A stretch of 64,000 nucleotides of DNA from NCBI GenBank assembly GCA_964035545.1, contig OZ037768.1:620001-684000 (forward strand), given 5' to 3'. Within the stretch, counting starts at the first letter, position 1, and each line of letters begins with the position of its first letter. This stretch comes from Bugula neritina (Eukaryota; Animalia; Bryozoa). The notes below the pieces were generated by a model. It did no database searches. It worked only from the letters and a program-made list of their open reading frames with translations, and was not told where the DNA came from. This document shows, one piece after another, positions 15,783-29,600 of the stretch. Position numbers and translations under genes: made by a program.

Positions 15783-18700
15783 ATGCTGTCTGCAGAAAAT
15801 GCTTCTCACAAAGAAAATAAACGGCAGCAAAAAGCATACAGTGAGAGAATTCGACACAGCTTGACTCACGCTGCCACTGAATCACCCTGGTTTTCCGATG
15901 CCAACCCTTCCCAGGATTCTCTGAGAAGGAGACAAACTGTGGGCAGCTCTAAGCGACTGTCCCAAGACGGTGCAACCATGCGCCGTAACAGCGCCGGACC
16001 GACTGGGGCCAACAAATCCGCTCTCAAACACATCAAGAAGTTTGAGATAATTTTGAGCCGGAGGTCAAAGGTGAGCGAACTTTGCACCAACCAATATCTA
16101 ATAGACACCAACTCTCTGTGTATTTAAGTATATTATGTATACTTTAATATGTGCTTGTTTATGCAGCGTGTATATATATTAGAATAGTTCATAGTTTTAC
16201 CTACAAGTAATAGTCTGAGTATTGTCACTTTATAGTCTGAGTATTATCACTTTGTAGCCTGATGAGGTTCAGGAAGCATTGGTTCAGTTCAGAAGAGCGT
16301 CTATAAATTCGATAAAGCAGGGTTTGCAAAGCCCCTCAATCAAAGAATATGTTGATTTGGGCTCTGAGGCTTATGAACCTGGTAAGACAAACCAATCAGA
16401 ATAAATACATTTTGATTTTCTAGAATTTGCTAAAAGAATACCTTCAATATAATACTTGAATTTGTAGCATGGGCTGTTTTATTGAGCATTTCTGATAAAA
16501 ATGTGTGATTATTTAATAAATTTATCTGAATTCATTTTATAATAAAAGATATTTTGTAAATAACTCAGGTTAATAATATGTCTAATATAATCTTCTAACT
16601 ACTAGCTGCTTCACCTGTCCCCATCCTCTACTGTATAACTAAAACTGGAAAATCCAATACCTAATAACTAAAAAACTGATGTTCAGATGGTGTTTAGATG
16701 CTGTCAACTGCTGGGTTGTTGAGCCCCAGACCAACCCCTGGAAATCATGAGTTATAGGTTCCCTTTTTGTTTTGATTTTCTATATGCTATACTTTACTAA
16801 TTAAGTATAGTACATAGTATATATTCATATGGTTATAGCTGAATATAATTTAGAGTGTACAATAATAATAGCACATCATATATTCACAAACTTCACTTGC
16901 TTGTTGCATCATCAGGTGAAAGTGTAGCAGGCAACATCAGTTTAGTGCTTTCTAACCCACTTCCTGTGAAGAATATCTCTATTAGACTGAGAGGAACATA
17001 CATAGTAGCTTTTGAGCAGAGAACTGAAGGTACGGTGCGTCATCACAATGCGAGGGTAATAAGCATTGAACTATAGCTATGATGTAACAAGTAAAAAATC
17101 TGTTTATTATACGCAGCTGAAGTTTAGTTTATAGAAGCTTCAGTTTTTTCTTGTTAAAAGTATAACAACGGTGTATAATTATAGTAGTGTGGAGTCACTC
17201 AGTAACACTACCAGCAATTATACCCATTCTATATAGTTGTATCACTATGAATGTTGTTTATTAGCATTATGTATTTTTACAGGGGAGAGTACTACCAAAA
17301 CTGAGCAGGTTATATTCTTACAGGCAGAAGCTACTCTCCCTGTTGACACTCAGTTCCTTGATCCCGGAGTGTATAACTATGCCTTTAAATTCAAGTTACC
17401 TTTAAACATTCCAGGTATTGGCTGTTCCATGTAATAACTGTAGTAGATGTACTAGTGTTGCATACGAATAGAGAATGTCGTATGCTAGTATACACAATAT
17501 ACTGCAACACTGCTAATCTGTGTGTCCAGGTACGATGTTCTTTGAGAAGTTCCAGAACGTATACGAAGGAGCGTCTGTTGTGTACAGTATAGAGGCCGTC
17601 ATGAACATAGAATCAGAGACAAACGGATTCTATAACTCACCCATAGCGAAAGAAATCGTTGAGGTTATCAGACGATACCCTGAGCATGTAGAGAAGGGGT
17701 ACCAGAAAGCCTGCAGTATTGACAAGGTTGTTATTTCTTTATTTGTGTGAATTGTTGTAAATTATTTTATATTAACCATTTATAATTAGACAAAGCGATT
17801 AAAGAAGGTTGTCCAGTTACATGTAAAAAAGTATTCATCTCATTTGTGAAGTATTTATATCCTTAAGCAAATGACTGTTATAAGGAACTTTTTATTGGTC
17901 AATACAAAGACGCAAGTTCCAAGCATGAGATTAATAAAATTAATATTCGAAATTTGAATCCAAGATCTAACTCTTACTGTAAGACAGAAACTCTAACTGC
18001 TAGACCATAGCTGCTTCTTAGTTGATAAATAAAACTGGATTGATTGTGCTTTCATTGCCAGTTATATCACATTGCTAATATATTTGGAGTTATGTTCCTA
18101 TAATATTTATTAGGAGTTATGTGCACATATTATCTATTAGGAGTTATGTTCCCATAATATTTATTTTGGGTATCGTGTCTTCAGACAAGCAATCTCAGAG
18201 TATGCTGTTACAATCTTGGGTCGATATCTCTGAGAGTGGAGTTGAGTAAGCTGATTTATACAGAAGGGGAAACTCTGCTAGTGAACCTAAGGCTATCTAA
18301 TAACAGTAAACTCAAAGTGAGACAAATAGACATAGCCTTGGTTCAACACAGTGTATTCAAAAGTAAAACTCTACGTGAGGTGAGCCACCCCTATATAAGT
18401 AATAATATATTAAAGGTCAGAATGGTCAACCATAAAAATATGCATTTACAGATCTCAAATTTTTCTAGTGCTATATCGAGGCTAAACATCTGTTTCCTTT
18501 GAATAAATAGATGACTCTTTATTAATATGTTATATGCACCAGAATTGATTCTGTTTAGCACCTAACAAGCTCGTTTTCTGTTTGTTTTTGTACTATACTG
18601 TTGGTGTAGAATGTAGATATTTCCACAGTTAGTACTCTACGGAGGGATAACTCCAAAGAATAAGCGCATTTAGTCATTTAATTTCCCTACTAAGCGACAA

Positions 18701-19833
18701 ACAAGTCACATCACGTGACACTATGTTGCAGGACATACTGAAAGCTAGAACTAGTCTGCTTGTACATCACATGTCATTGAACAACTTTGGATATGGAGAA
18801 ATAGATAACAAAATAGCCTTAAATCTCCCTGATGAAATGCAAACCAGTACAATGCCCTATATACTCCCACCCACTAGCTTTATGAGTTTCCATTTCTCAA
18901 ATGATGCAGATACAAATGTAAGCACATCACACTTACTGTAGGAATAATTTAGTACATACTCTAAATAATGTAAAGAAACTCTTTCTCAGTAAATACAAAC
19001 TGACATATACTTTAGAAATTAAAGCTATCGTATACCATGGCATGCACTTCCTAAAGCTCTTTTTTACCTGTAACTAATGTAAGCTTTTTAAGTGCTGGTT
19101 AGGCTGTATGTTTCTAAACAGTTCTCATGTATGCAGACTATGCACTATCCAAGGCTGAACTATTAACTACTACTCCTGGCCAACAGGCTATAAAGTAAGC
19201 ACGGTGCAGGGTATCAACTGTTTAATGTTTTACACCAGGCTGCCCGGGGAAACCCAAGCACCAAGGGAAACCCAAGCACCAAGGGAAACCCAAACACCAA
19301 GGGAAACCCAAACACCAAGGGAAACCCAAACACCAAGGGAAATCCCAAGTTGAAGAAAATTGAAACAGGAAACGAGGGAGAAGACACAACTTTCCTTGTT
19401 TTAGATGCAAATTATCATACTTTGTACGACATAGCATATTACTTACATGTAAGTTACTCACATTATATAATATAGTGTATATTACTTACATGTAAGTTAC
19501 TCACATTATATAATATAGTGTATATTACTTACAGGTAAGTTACCATAACCTTGTATATAATATAGTGTATATTACTTACATGTAAGTTACTATTACCAGA
19601 TCAGAGTTAGAACATCAATGGACTGGTTCAACATGAAAGGACCAGAGATACGATTTCCAATCACCATTGAAGGACGACACAAAGCTAAAGACGCAAAGGA
19701 TGCCGAGAACGAGGGTGAAAAAGGGGCCAATGATGGTGAAAATGAGGCTAATGCTGATGAAAGCACAAAACCCGAAGATATAGGAGTAGAAGTAGCTGAT
19801 GAACTCGAAGAGATCAATTCTCCTGCTAGCTGA
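15783..19833 (+). CDS. Arrestin-domain-containing (alpha-arrestin-like) protein
   Basis: Approximate exons: 15783-16070, 16258-16381, 16917-17054, 17283-17414, 17530-17726, 18185-18379, 18732-18916, 19600-19833. Arrestin-N motifs YEPGESVAGNISL and LDPGVYNYAFKFKLPLNIPGT...VVYSIEA; arrestin-C motif YTEGETLLVNLRLSNNSKLKV. The 3' exon structure is less certain. Confidence 0.75.
19245..19350. repeat. 18-bp minisatellite (CCAAGGGAAACCCAAACA), ~5-6 copies
   Basis: Direct tandem copies in an intron of the arrestin-like gene. Confidence 0.9.
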
Positions 19834-20574
19834 GACATACTAACCAATTACAAGTTTGGAGTTATTGCCCATGACTGCTAGCTGCTGTAGCTCTATGGTG
19901 TAAATACACATGACTCTTTTGAGATTTGACATATCACAACTTTGAATCAGCAATCTGCAGTGATAACTTGATTCCGCCACTAATAGCTGTTAACATTTGG
20001 GCGAGAGTCAAGTGTTAGTCATGTGACCCATAATGCATCAGCTAATTTGTAAATACCTTTTCTTGTAGTATAAATACATATTTATTATTATAGACATCCT
20101 GTACTAAAATGTATAACAACTGAATTGTATTGCAGTGACTATTTCTTAAACTAAAAACTTTACGCCATAGTTATTTTTACAAAGATAACCGCATGTTTTC
20201 AATTTGGTCTAATCACACATCTCCAACTATCTCTACACTTAGCTCTATTTTACCAGCTATCTATCTGTCAAAAAATGACGCAGATAAACAATTTTGAAAA
20301 AAAGCATTTTTCTATGAATCATGAGGTCACCAGCCAGACAACACTCGTAGCGGAGTCACCAGCTACAGTCTTAGAGTAGGGGACGCTGTGAGGAGACTCC
20401 ACACTTTCATAGGAACTGAACTGTGATCAGTAGAGTATGTAACAACTCTCACCACGGTAACACAGCAAATACATGCCAATGAAATAGACAACAGTTACTT
20501 TGTGGACTATATTTAAATTAATAAATACATAAACATAAAGACAAAAACACACAGTGGAATGTGCAGGGAATGTA

Positions 20575-20735
20575 CAACTATGTAGTATATTATATGTAAG
20601 ATATACGACTAGTATATTATATGTAAGATATACGACTAGTATATTATATGTAAGATATACGACTAGTATATTATATGTAAGATATACGACTAGTATATGA
20701 TATGTAAGATATACGACTATTATATTATATGTAAG
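20575..20735. repeat. 27-bp minisatellite (ATATTATATGTAAGATATACGACTAGT), ~6 copies, between convergent 3' ends
   Basis: Direct tandem copies; source of the spurious ORF 20427-20753. Confidence 0.92.
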
Positions 20736-20967
20736 AGTAGCAAAGTAAACCATGAAACACGCAGCTCACACTTGATGGGAAATCAGGGCCAGTAGTTTAA
20801 AATTTATAGAATCATTATATAAAACTGCATGTAAAATAGAAATAGACACGTTTATTAATTATATAAAAGAATAAAAACTACTCCAAGAAATGTATTATGC
20901 CGTAAGAATATCAGTAGATGCGGACAAAAAGCTGAGCGGATCCGAAGGGAGTAATACAGTACCACAA

Positions 20968-23900
20968 CTAGTGCGGCCACACACACTTCTGCAGCGTAGA
21001 CTTGGGCACAGGTAAACAGGCATTCAACTCTTTACAACCCGGTGGAGCCCAATTCTACAAGTAGGAACACAGTCTAATGAGTCATCTCATTCGACAGAAT
21101 AGACAGTAGAAGACATTGATCTCCACACTTTCTCAGTTTACCCATTGACCTCCACACACTTACCATCACTGCATCATCGCAGTAGTTGAGTTGAGGTTTA
21201 GCTGGTTTCAGTCCTTTCTTATGGGCGTCGACTAGAGCTTGAATATCTGCCCACGCAGCTTTGTACTCAGCTGAGTGGACTCTACGGTGATCATCAGGAT
21301 TTGAATTAGAATTACAGTATGGGATTCAGAGTTAGAGTGAGTGAGTAAGACCAGAGTGAGTGAGAGTGAGTGAGTCAGAGTGAGTGAGTAAGACCAGAGT
21401 GAGTGAGAGTGAGTGAGTCAGAGTGAGTGAGTAAGACCAGAGTGAGTGAGAGTGAGTGAGAGTTAGAGTGAGTGAGTAAGACCAGAGTTAGAGTGAGTGA
21501 GTCAGAGTGAGTGAGTAAGACCAGAGTGAAAATTAAAGTAGATAGTAAGAAATTAAAATAATAATTTAGTATTGAAATTTCATGAGAGATCTCTGCTGGT
21601 AGAACAACTTACTTGAGAGGGTATTTCTCTCCAGGGTCACGACCCAGGTGAAATATGATTGGCTGAGAGGAATGATCAGTTTGGTTGTGTGTAGTCACAC
21701 CTTCCACTTCCTCCCCGGGGCAGAAGTTTATACCCTACCAAACAGTTACAGAATGTATACTCTACCAAATAGTAACAGAAGTTTATACTCTACCAAACAG
21801 TTACAGAATATATACCCTACCAAATAGTAACAGAAGTTTATACTCTACCAAATAGTTACAGAATGTATACTCTACCAAACAGTTACAGAGTGTATACCCT
21901 ACCAAATAGTTACAGACAACGCCAACTATTTAATGTTATAATTGAACTCATAAAATCAACAAACTATATAATATGAAACTCCGAGTGAGTGAGTATAACA
22001 CAGACTGACTGAGTAGATGACTGAGTAGAACTAAGAGTGACTGAGTAGATGACTGAGTAGAACTATGGCTGACTGAGTAGAACTAAGAGTGAGTGAGAGA
22101 GTAGATGACTGAGTGAGTAGTTGACTGAGTGAGTAGATAAGTGAGTAGTAGTAGTAGTAGTCTCACGTGGTTAAACTCATTCATGCCGTTAGTCCAGGTC
22201 CACAGATGAGCTTTATACAAGCCATACCTGACAGCCATCAGTTCATTCCCTCTGTAGTAGTACACAGGTCTGTAACATAAACTACGTGCTTCAACGGGCA
22301 GAATCTACAAGTTTTCTTGAGGCCAATTTGATAAATTCCTTATTAAAACGCTGATTTGTACAATAAATAAGGGCACTTGACCTTTTAACCTCCGAACCAT
22401 TAGTCAGCGCCTGTCTCAGGCTCATGCTGTCCAGCTGCCGGTCACTAGGCAGCGGTAAACCAGCAAAGTCAGCCAGAGTGGCCATGTAGTCCATGACGGT
22501 AGCTGACTGGTGAGAGATAGTGCCTGCGGGTATGGTCCCGGGCCACCAGGCTATGCCGGGCTCGTGCAGACCCCCCTCAAATGTTGTCTCCTTACCGCAT
22601 AGAAACGGGCCGTTAGATCCACCTGTGTATGAGGAGTGTGTTATGTATTCGTGTATAGGTGAATGTAAATATAAGATATATATTACATAATGAAAGTAGT
22701 CTAATGTACATATTTATGGCACATTTGAAACAACAAAGTAACAAAATTGTGCTGATATTTTGTAGAAGTACAGCAGACTGGCTCCACACTCAACACTGAT
22801 TCGTGTTTACTCTGAAGATGTGAATATACAGCGAGACCTTCACACATACCCTGCGTTTTGCTCACTATGGCTGCCCCATTGTCAGAAGTGAAGAAAACTA
22901 GAGTGTTATTGGCAATGCCAAGTGCTGTCAGCTGATTTAATATCGCACCGACCCCCGCGTCAAGATCTCGTACTGCGTCACCATATCTATCAGAAAAGAG
23001 AAACAACTTTGTTTACACAGCAACACCCACAATTCACTTTTGACAATGGGACAGACAACTCCAGCAGCCGACAGAGACCGGAGAATTGTCTTACCCTGCA
23101 CGGGGCCACTAAACAGAGAGGCTCCGTTATCAGATGAGAAAAGCACTAGAGTATTGCTAGAGAGGTTGAGTGAGTCTAAGGTTAGCATGAGTTCCCCGAC
23201 ACCCCAGTCTAACTCCCTTACGGCGTCCCCGTAGCTAAAACACACACCACTCGGGATACACAGGGTTGTTTAGTGCAGCTTGCTGGGTGAATTGACACAC
23301 CTGGTGACACGGCAAGGGCATTAGAATGCGACACAGAGATTTACTGCTGACTTAATCAACTGTCAAAGAAATGAGTACAAAGTTTAGATGAAAAAGTAAC
23401 TGAAGTTGTCCTCTTTTTAGAAACTTGTAAAATTTACAATAAAACAGAGTTGACAATAACATGATTAACAGTACAGTTGAATTGTTTTATATAACTAAAT
23501 AGTCGCTGCAATTAACATTCACACTGAGTTTCATTTTACAGTTTTTCAATTTTATCAACAATCAATTATAATTCTTGAAAATATTTACCAAATATGAGCT
23601 TTGAGCCTCATCACTAGTGGATTTGATTGAATTTAAATAGTTTTATTTGTAGCTGCAGGTACAAAGAAGTATTTTAAAACATTTGTTGCTGATATTACAA
23701 TATAAGCTACTTCACACCAACATACAAACTCCTCCCACTATAGCATAAGCCACACCCACTATAGCATAAGCCACATCCACTATAGCATAAGTCACACCCA
23801 CTATAGCATAAGCCACATCCACTATAGCATAAGTCACATCCACTATAGCATAAGCCACACCCACTATAGCATAAGCCACACCCACTATAGCATAAGCCAC

Positions 23901-25528
23901 ATCCACTATAGCATAAGTCACATCCACTATAGCATAAGCCACACCCACTCTGATATTAGCAACTCACATGCCACGCCTGCTAGAGCCTAAGAACTTTTTA
24001 GAAGAGTAAACTGGAGCGTGGGTAGAGTCGGGGGCCCAGTAGAGGAAGAAAGGCTGATCTTTAGGTCTTGGTTTAGATATGAACTCCAGTGCTTCCTACA
24101 AAAATATTAACTTCTAAAACAATACGTAAGAGTGTAGTTATAATTAGATTACGTAAGAGTGTAGTTAGCATTAGATATTAACAAGTCAGGTGATATAGTT
24201 GCAGCAGATATAATCGCGTAAGGAATACCGCGACATAGAATAAGGTGAGATTAGATTCTCCGGTTGCTCTGTCTATATTATAGCCTCCTTCATAGTACCG
24301 CCCCACCATCTTATCATTCCGGTACACGGGTATGTTAGGTGTAGTCTTGTTGTTGTATGGTCCAAAGTGGCAGTTTGGGGCACCAAACCACTCGTCAAAC
24401 CCGTGCTTTAGAGGAAGGAACTGAGGCTGATGCCCAAGGTGCCTGCAATATATAAACAAACATGGACTTTACATCTATTGTAGTATTCCTGAATAAGAAG
24501 ACAACTCCTAATATAGTAATAGGGGAAACTCAAATGCAAGAAATAAACTGTAGACTGTAGAGCAATAAATGAAATTAGTGACTAGATATTACGTATAATC
24601 GTATAGACAGGCATGAGTTCAACCTATTTGAACAAACTTTCGAGTTACGAGGAGAAAATCCTAGCAGAAAAATGCTGAATATCAAGATAAAAGTATGCTT
24701 GACAGGGGAGATGAATCACCATTTGCCAACAATCTTAGAGTTGTAGCCAGCTTTCTTCAGCAGTTCAGGTATGAGTATCTCATCATCTTGTATGCCGCCC
24801 ACGATGTCCTGAGGAGTGTAGGCGTTGCGGGCGTGGTCGTTGTCCGTGTAGAACCCGTTTCTGATCGGCAGACGGCCAGACAAGAGAGCCGCTCTAGCTA
24901 CAGTCAGACAAAGTAATCACTTTGACAACTCTGATTAATCACTTTGATAACTCAAAGTGAAGTCATAACAGAGAGCTACTCCAGTAAAGATATCAATGCG
25001 ATAATCACAGAGAATTACTGGAATCGTCACAACGTACATGGTGAGCAGAGTGGGTTGGCAGTATAGAAGTCAGTAAGTAGGGCACCTTCTCGAGCTATTC
25101 TGTCCAAGTTAGGTGTTTCCTTGTTGGGTTCTCCAAACACTCCCAAATCTCCATATCCCATCTGCAGCAGCATGTAAGTACATGTACATATTGAATATCA
25201 GCAGCAGCATGTAAGTACGTATAAGTACATGTACATACTGAATAGCAGCAGCATTTAGTTTACAATGTCAATTTTTCAAATTCAAGAAAGAAATACTTCA
25301 AAAACTTGGACTTCAAAAAAAAAACTGGCACTACTATTGGAACCAGTTAGTTATTACAAAGATACAATTGAACAATATTTTGGTAGTTATGTGAACAATT
25401 ATATAGTATAAAATACACACGTCGTCCATGAGCATGATAATGAAGTTAGGTAGTGTGGCATCCGCCCGCATAATCACACAAAACATCAAGAAAACTAGAC
25501 TGATACTTTTTCCCATCGCTGAATACAT
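20968..25528 (-). CDS. GALNS: N-acetylgalactosamine-6-sulfatase
   Basis: Signal peptide plus [10 protein letters not shown] (25421-25528), [12 protein letters not shown], sulfatase motif [51 protein letters not shown], and C-terminal WAPPGC...KCVWPH* (stop 20968). Eleven exon positions, one with two alternative copies. Confidence 0.95.
21330..21530. repeat. GAGT-based compound minisatellite in a GALNS intron
   Basis: Repeats of GAGTGAGTGAGTAAGACCA-like units. Confidence 0.85.
21721..21915. repeat. 27-28-bp repeat spanning a GALNS acceptor
   Basis: Unit CAGAAGTTTATACCCTACCAAATAGTAA, ~7 copies; the first copy overlaps the exon start (minus strand: tttggtag|GGTATAAACTTCTG). Confidence 0.85.
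22850..22986 (-). CDS. GALNS: GALNS alternative exon B (137 nt)
   Basis: ttctgatag|...|gtatgt; [45 protein letters not shown]; phase 2 to phase 1. Confidence 0.85.
23095..23234 (-). CDS. GALNS: GALNS alternative exon A (140 nt)
   Basis: ttttag|...|gtaaga; [46 protein letters not shown]; phase 2 to phase 1. Confidence 0.85.
23735..23950. repeat. 21-bp minisatellite (CCACTATAGCATAAGCCACAC), ~10 copies
   Basis: Direct tandem copies just inside the GALNS donor at 23967. Confidence 0.95.
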
Positions 25529-26674
25529 CTAAAATTAAATCAATATTTTAATAACAGAACTAATCTGGATGTTTACAAAGTTGAGCAACAATAGTAACAA
25601 ATATATTGACACATTAAGATATGACTGATATTTACATATCACAATAGGCATAGCAATAGTACTTTAGTTAATATGTTAATAAAAAACCAAATAATAATAT
25701 ATAACTTATGGAAAGAAATATTATTTAGTACTTTACTTAAGATTAAAAAAGATAGCTTGAAATCACTATTATACTTTAAGTGATTTAGTATCACTCACTA
25801 TCTGTATGTGCGCCATAGCTATAAGTATAAGACTGAGACCAACTCCATAACTTACAAGTATGTATTACTATAGGTATTACTATTAGTTTAACTGCAAGAG
25901 CCTAAACAGGCGAGTGAGTAAACTCAAATTGAAACTGGATGAATTATATTAAATTTAATACTTATACCATGACTACGAGTATGACTATCAGTATCACTTA
26001 ATCTTATTATAATTATTATACTTAAGCTTATAGTTATTATAATATTAATATTATTTGATATTATATTAAATTGATTAAATTATACTAAATTAAAATTAAT
26101 ATTTATATTATACTTCCGCTTCGGTTCAACGTTTTTTTATTTTATTTAATCACAAACATTTGCTGCGACTGAAATATCAATATGAAATAACTTCGAATCG
26201 ATTTCCCATTACCATACTTAATATCTATACTATACTATTACTCTAACATATACTCATATTGCAACTACTTCTGCAAGTTACTAACTACTCCCGTCACTTC
26301 GAATATTCGTGTAGATTTTATGTTATTGGTCAAAAAGTTAAAAGTAAATTGCAACAGGATCGCTACAACACTTCAATCTCCGAGTAAACTGATGAAATAA
26401 AAGGAACAATCTAAAAGAGGTCATTGGAGTCATTAGCAATAGTCCGATAATTAAAACATGCAAATTATTTTCGTGTTAAATACGTGTTATAGGTCGTCCG
26501 ACGGCTGTAACAACAAGGCTAAGACTAATGGCATTTTTAAAATTTAACTAGTAAATTGAAACTGCAACTGCAAGTGCATCGATGATCGATATGAAGAATA
26601 ATGTAACTAAGCCTGCTTCGTAGTTTAATAAAAAGTTAGTTTATTAGAAAATCTGCTAAAACTTAAAATAAATA

Positions 26675-29600
26675 ATGGATAACTATCATCAGTTGGAGCT
26701 AATTGGGGAAGGATCTTTTGGGAAAGTTTATAAAGGTCGAAAAAAGTTTTCTAGTCAGGTGAATTTCACTTCTACTTTCAGTTTTAGTACTACGAGTGCG
26801 ATAGCTAAAAGTATAACTAATATTTATAATTTAGTTATTCTACATCTTTAGCATAAGTAAAACTAAAAGTAAAAGGAAAACAGAGAATAGCATTACTCTG
26901 GTAGTTAATGTTGATATTATGCTACAATTCTTTTGAACAATTAAAGTAACACAAACTCAGCTTAACTATCAGCATGTGCTAAAATCTAATGTGTTTTTAA
27001 TAAAAACTTTAAACCTAACCTAGCTATATGGTAAAATTTGCTTTATTTCAACATTTGATTAACCAAAACGAAAACGACACAAGAGGCATTCATGATTTTG
27101 CACCTGTGGGTGTTACCAGAGTGAGAGTGTTCTAATTTTTACGAGGTGAGTGATGGAGTGAGTTACAAATACACGCCAAGTTAAATGCCCATTTATGATT
27201 TAAATTAAAAATTGAATACTATTGGTGTTTAACTTAATTATAATGCCATTCTTATAAGTAAGCAATAATACTAAAAGATGGTGGAAAATGTGAATATATT
27301 GTTGTAGTTTTGTGTGGATAACTACTAAGTATGAGTTTATGCGTGCATGAGAAGCTAGAACATAACTTTTTGTGTTTATCCAAGAGAGAGAACTCTGATT
27401 AATTTGTTCGAGAATAATTATATTTACAATACTAATAATGAAAGAGATATCGAGATATAAGACAGTAGCATAATAACAGAACCATACATTAATAATCCTA
27501 CTAGCCAAGTGTCACTGGGCGCACTGAGTGTCCTGCTTATATAAGGAAGCTTTGTTCTGATTGGCTCCGCGGATTCTGGTTGTCTGGCCGCCAACTAGGC
27601 GCAGTGGAGTGCCGCCATGCGGCACCCTGAGATGCCACACACTCTACATGCGGCATGTAGTAGAGCGTGTAGCATCCCAGAGTGCTGTCATCGGGCGTGA
27701 AAAAAATGTTAGTAATACAGGAATGCATAAGCTAAGGTCCAAAGCGATTGAGGGAGGGGGATAGCCTGATATATCCCACAGTCAGCACAATATATAGCCT
27801 AAATATTGATTATATATTGCCTTTTTATCAAGCTATGTTTTAACCTTTCGGTGTTGCGTTTAGCATTTAAAGATTTTGTAGCCCAACCCCGAGGATGTTT
27901 TGTAAGTTTTTGCTGATATTGATAATGAATGGTATATAAATGGAAAGATTCCAATCAACAGGCATGTTGTAGATTGTTGCGATGAAGTTTATATCCAAGG
28001 AAGGACGTTCCGACAAAGAGCTAAGAAACTTGAGAAAGGAAATTGATATCATGCGCCAATTAAGACACTCAAATATAGTCCAGATGCTAGACAGCTTTGA
28101 AACTGATAAGGAGGTGTAATATTTGATTTTCCATCACAATTTATATTTTTTAACATAGTTTGAAGAGTTGTTTTTTACAAACAAGTAATACTATTTTTCT
28201 ATCTAAATCTCTTCATGTGAATTTAAAGAACTTTGCAATATAAAATATATTTTATCACAAAAATAATTTAATTATATTTTCAGTTTTTAAACTTTTCAAG
28301 CTTTTCATATTCCAATATAAACATGTCTCCTCCAGGTTGTTGCTGTCACAGACTATGCGTGTGGAGAGTTGTTCCAGATCCTTGAAGATGACGGGAATCT
28401 TCCGGAAGACCAGGTGGACTATTTGTTCTCTTGTAGTACTAGTTGCTAGTCTATTCTATAGAATGTATCTACTCCCTTGTAGTACTAGTTACTAGCATGT
28501 TCTATAAAATGTGTATCTTATAATCAAAGATGTTTTATTCACTATTTTGTCTTCACCTAACTTTATTTAACCAAACTAAAGCAGCAAATAGACTGTGTCT
28601 TAAACTAAAAGACCTAGCCTCAGTTTTGTAATGTTTCTGTAGCTTCTTAGTACATCGAGATGATAAAAAGTTCACTATTGGGGGCGTGTTCTTGTTTCAG
28701 GTGCAGCAGATTGCTAGCCAGTTAGTCTCCGCCCTCTTCTACCTTCACGCCCACCGAATTCTACACAGAGATATGAAACCTCAGAATATACTACTCGGCA
28801 AAGATGGAGCCATAAAGTTGTGTGATTTTGGGTTTGCTCGTGCTATGAGCACCAATACCCTCGTACTTACTTCTATCAAAGTAAGTTGATGCACCTACAG
28901 CTACTCTTTCTCATTGACATTTCTTTATATTCAAATCAGTAAAATAATATAATGGCTAGTTTTTAATTTCTACAAACATATCTGGTAGGTGATTGCATGC
29001 TTTCAATGCTTTAGGGGACGCCCTTGTACATGTCTCCTGAATTAGTTGAAGAGAAGCCTTATGACCACACGGCAGACTTGTGGGCCTTAGGCTGCATTCT
29101 TTATGAACTAAATACAGGACAGCCTCCTTTTTACACCAACAGTATATTTCAGCTTGTCAGGTTAGTTATGACTCATCACTGACCCATCACTAACTGTATA
29201 CAGTTAAACTCTAGTACTACTGACTGTATACAGTATAACTCTAGTACTACTGACTGTATACAGTTAAACTCTAGTACTACTGACTGTATACAGTATAACT
29301 CTAGTACTACTAACTGTATACAGTATAACTCTAGTACTACTGACTGTATACAGTATAACTCTAGTACTACTGACTGTATACAGTATAACTCTAGTATTAC
29401 TAACTGTATACAGTATAACTCTAGTACTACTAACTGTATACAGTATAACTCTAGTACTACTAACTGTATACAGTATAACTCTAGTACTACTGACTGTATA
29501 CAGTATAACTCTAGTACTACTGACTGTATACAGTATAACTCTAGTATCACTAACTGTATACAGTTAAACTCTAGTACTACTAACTGTATACAGTATAACT

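Noticed and set aside
19137-19194. Extra exon in the arrestin-like gene
   Set aside because: It has AG and GTAAGC boundaries, but its open frame does not match the phases of the flanking exons; unresolved without RNA data.
27497-27875. GC/CpG-richer block in STK36 intron 1 as a gene or defined transposon
   Set aside because: The short ORFs have no recognisable motifs and I found no TIR or TSD; it may be a repeat remnant but cannot be supported from this window.
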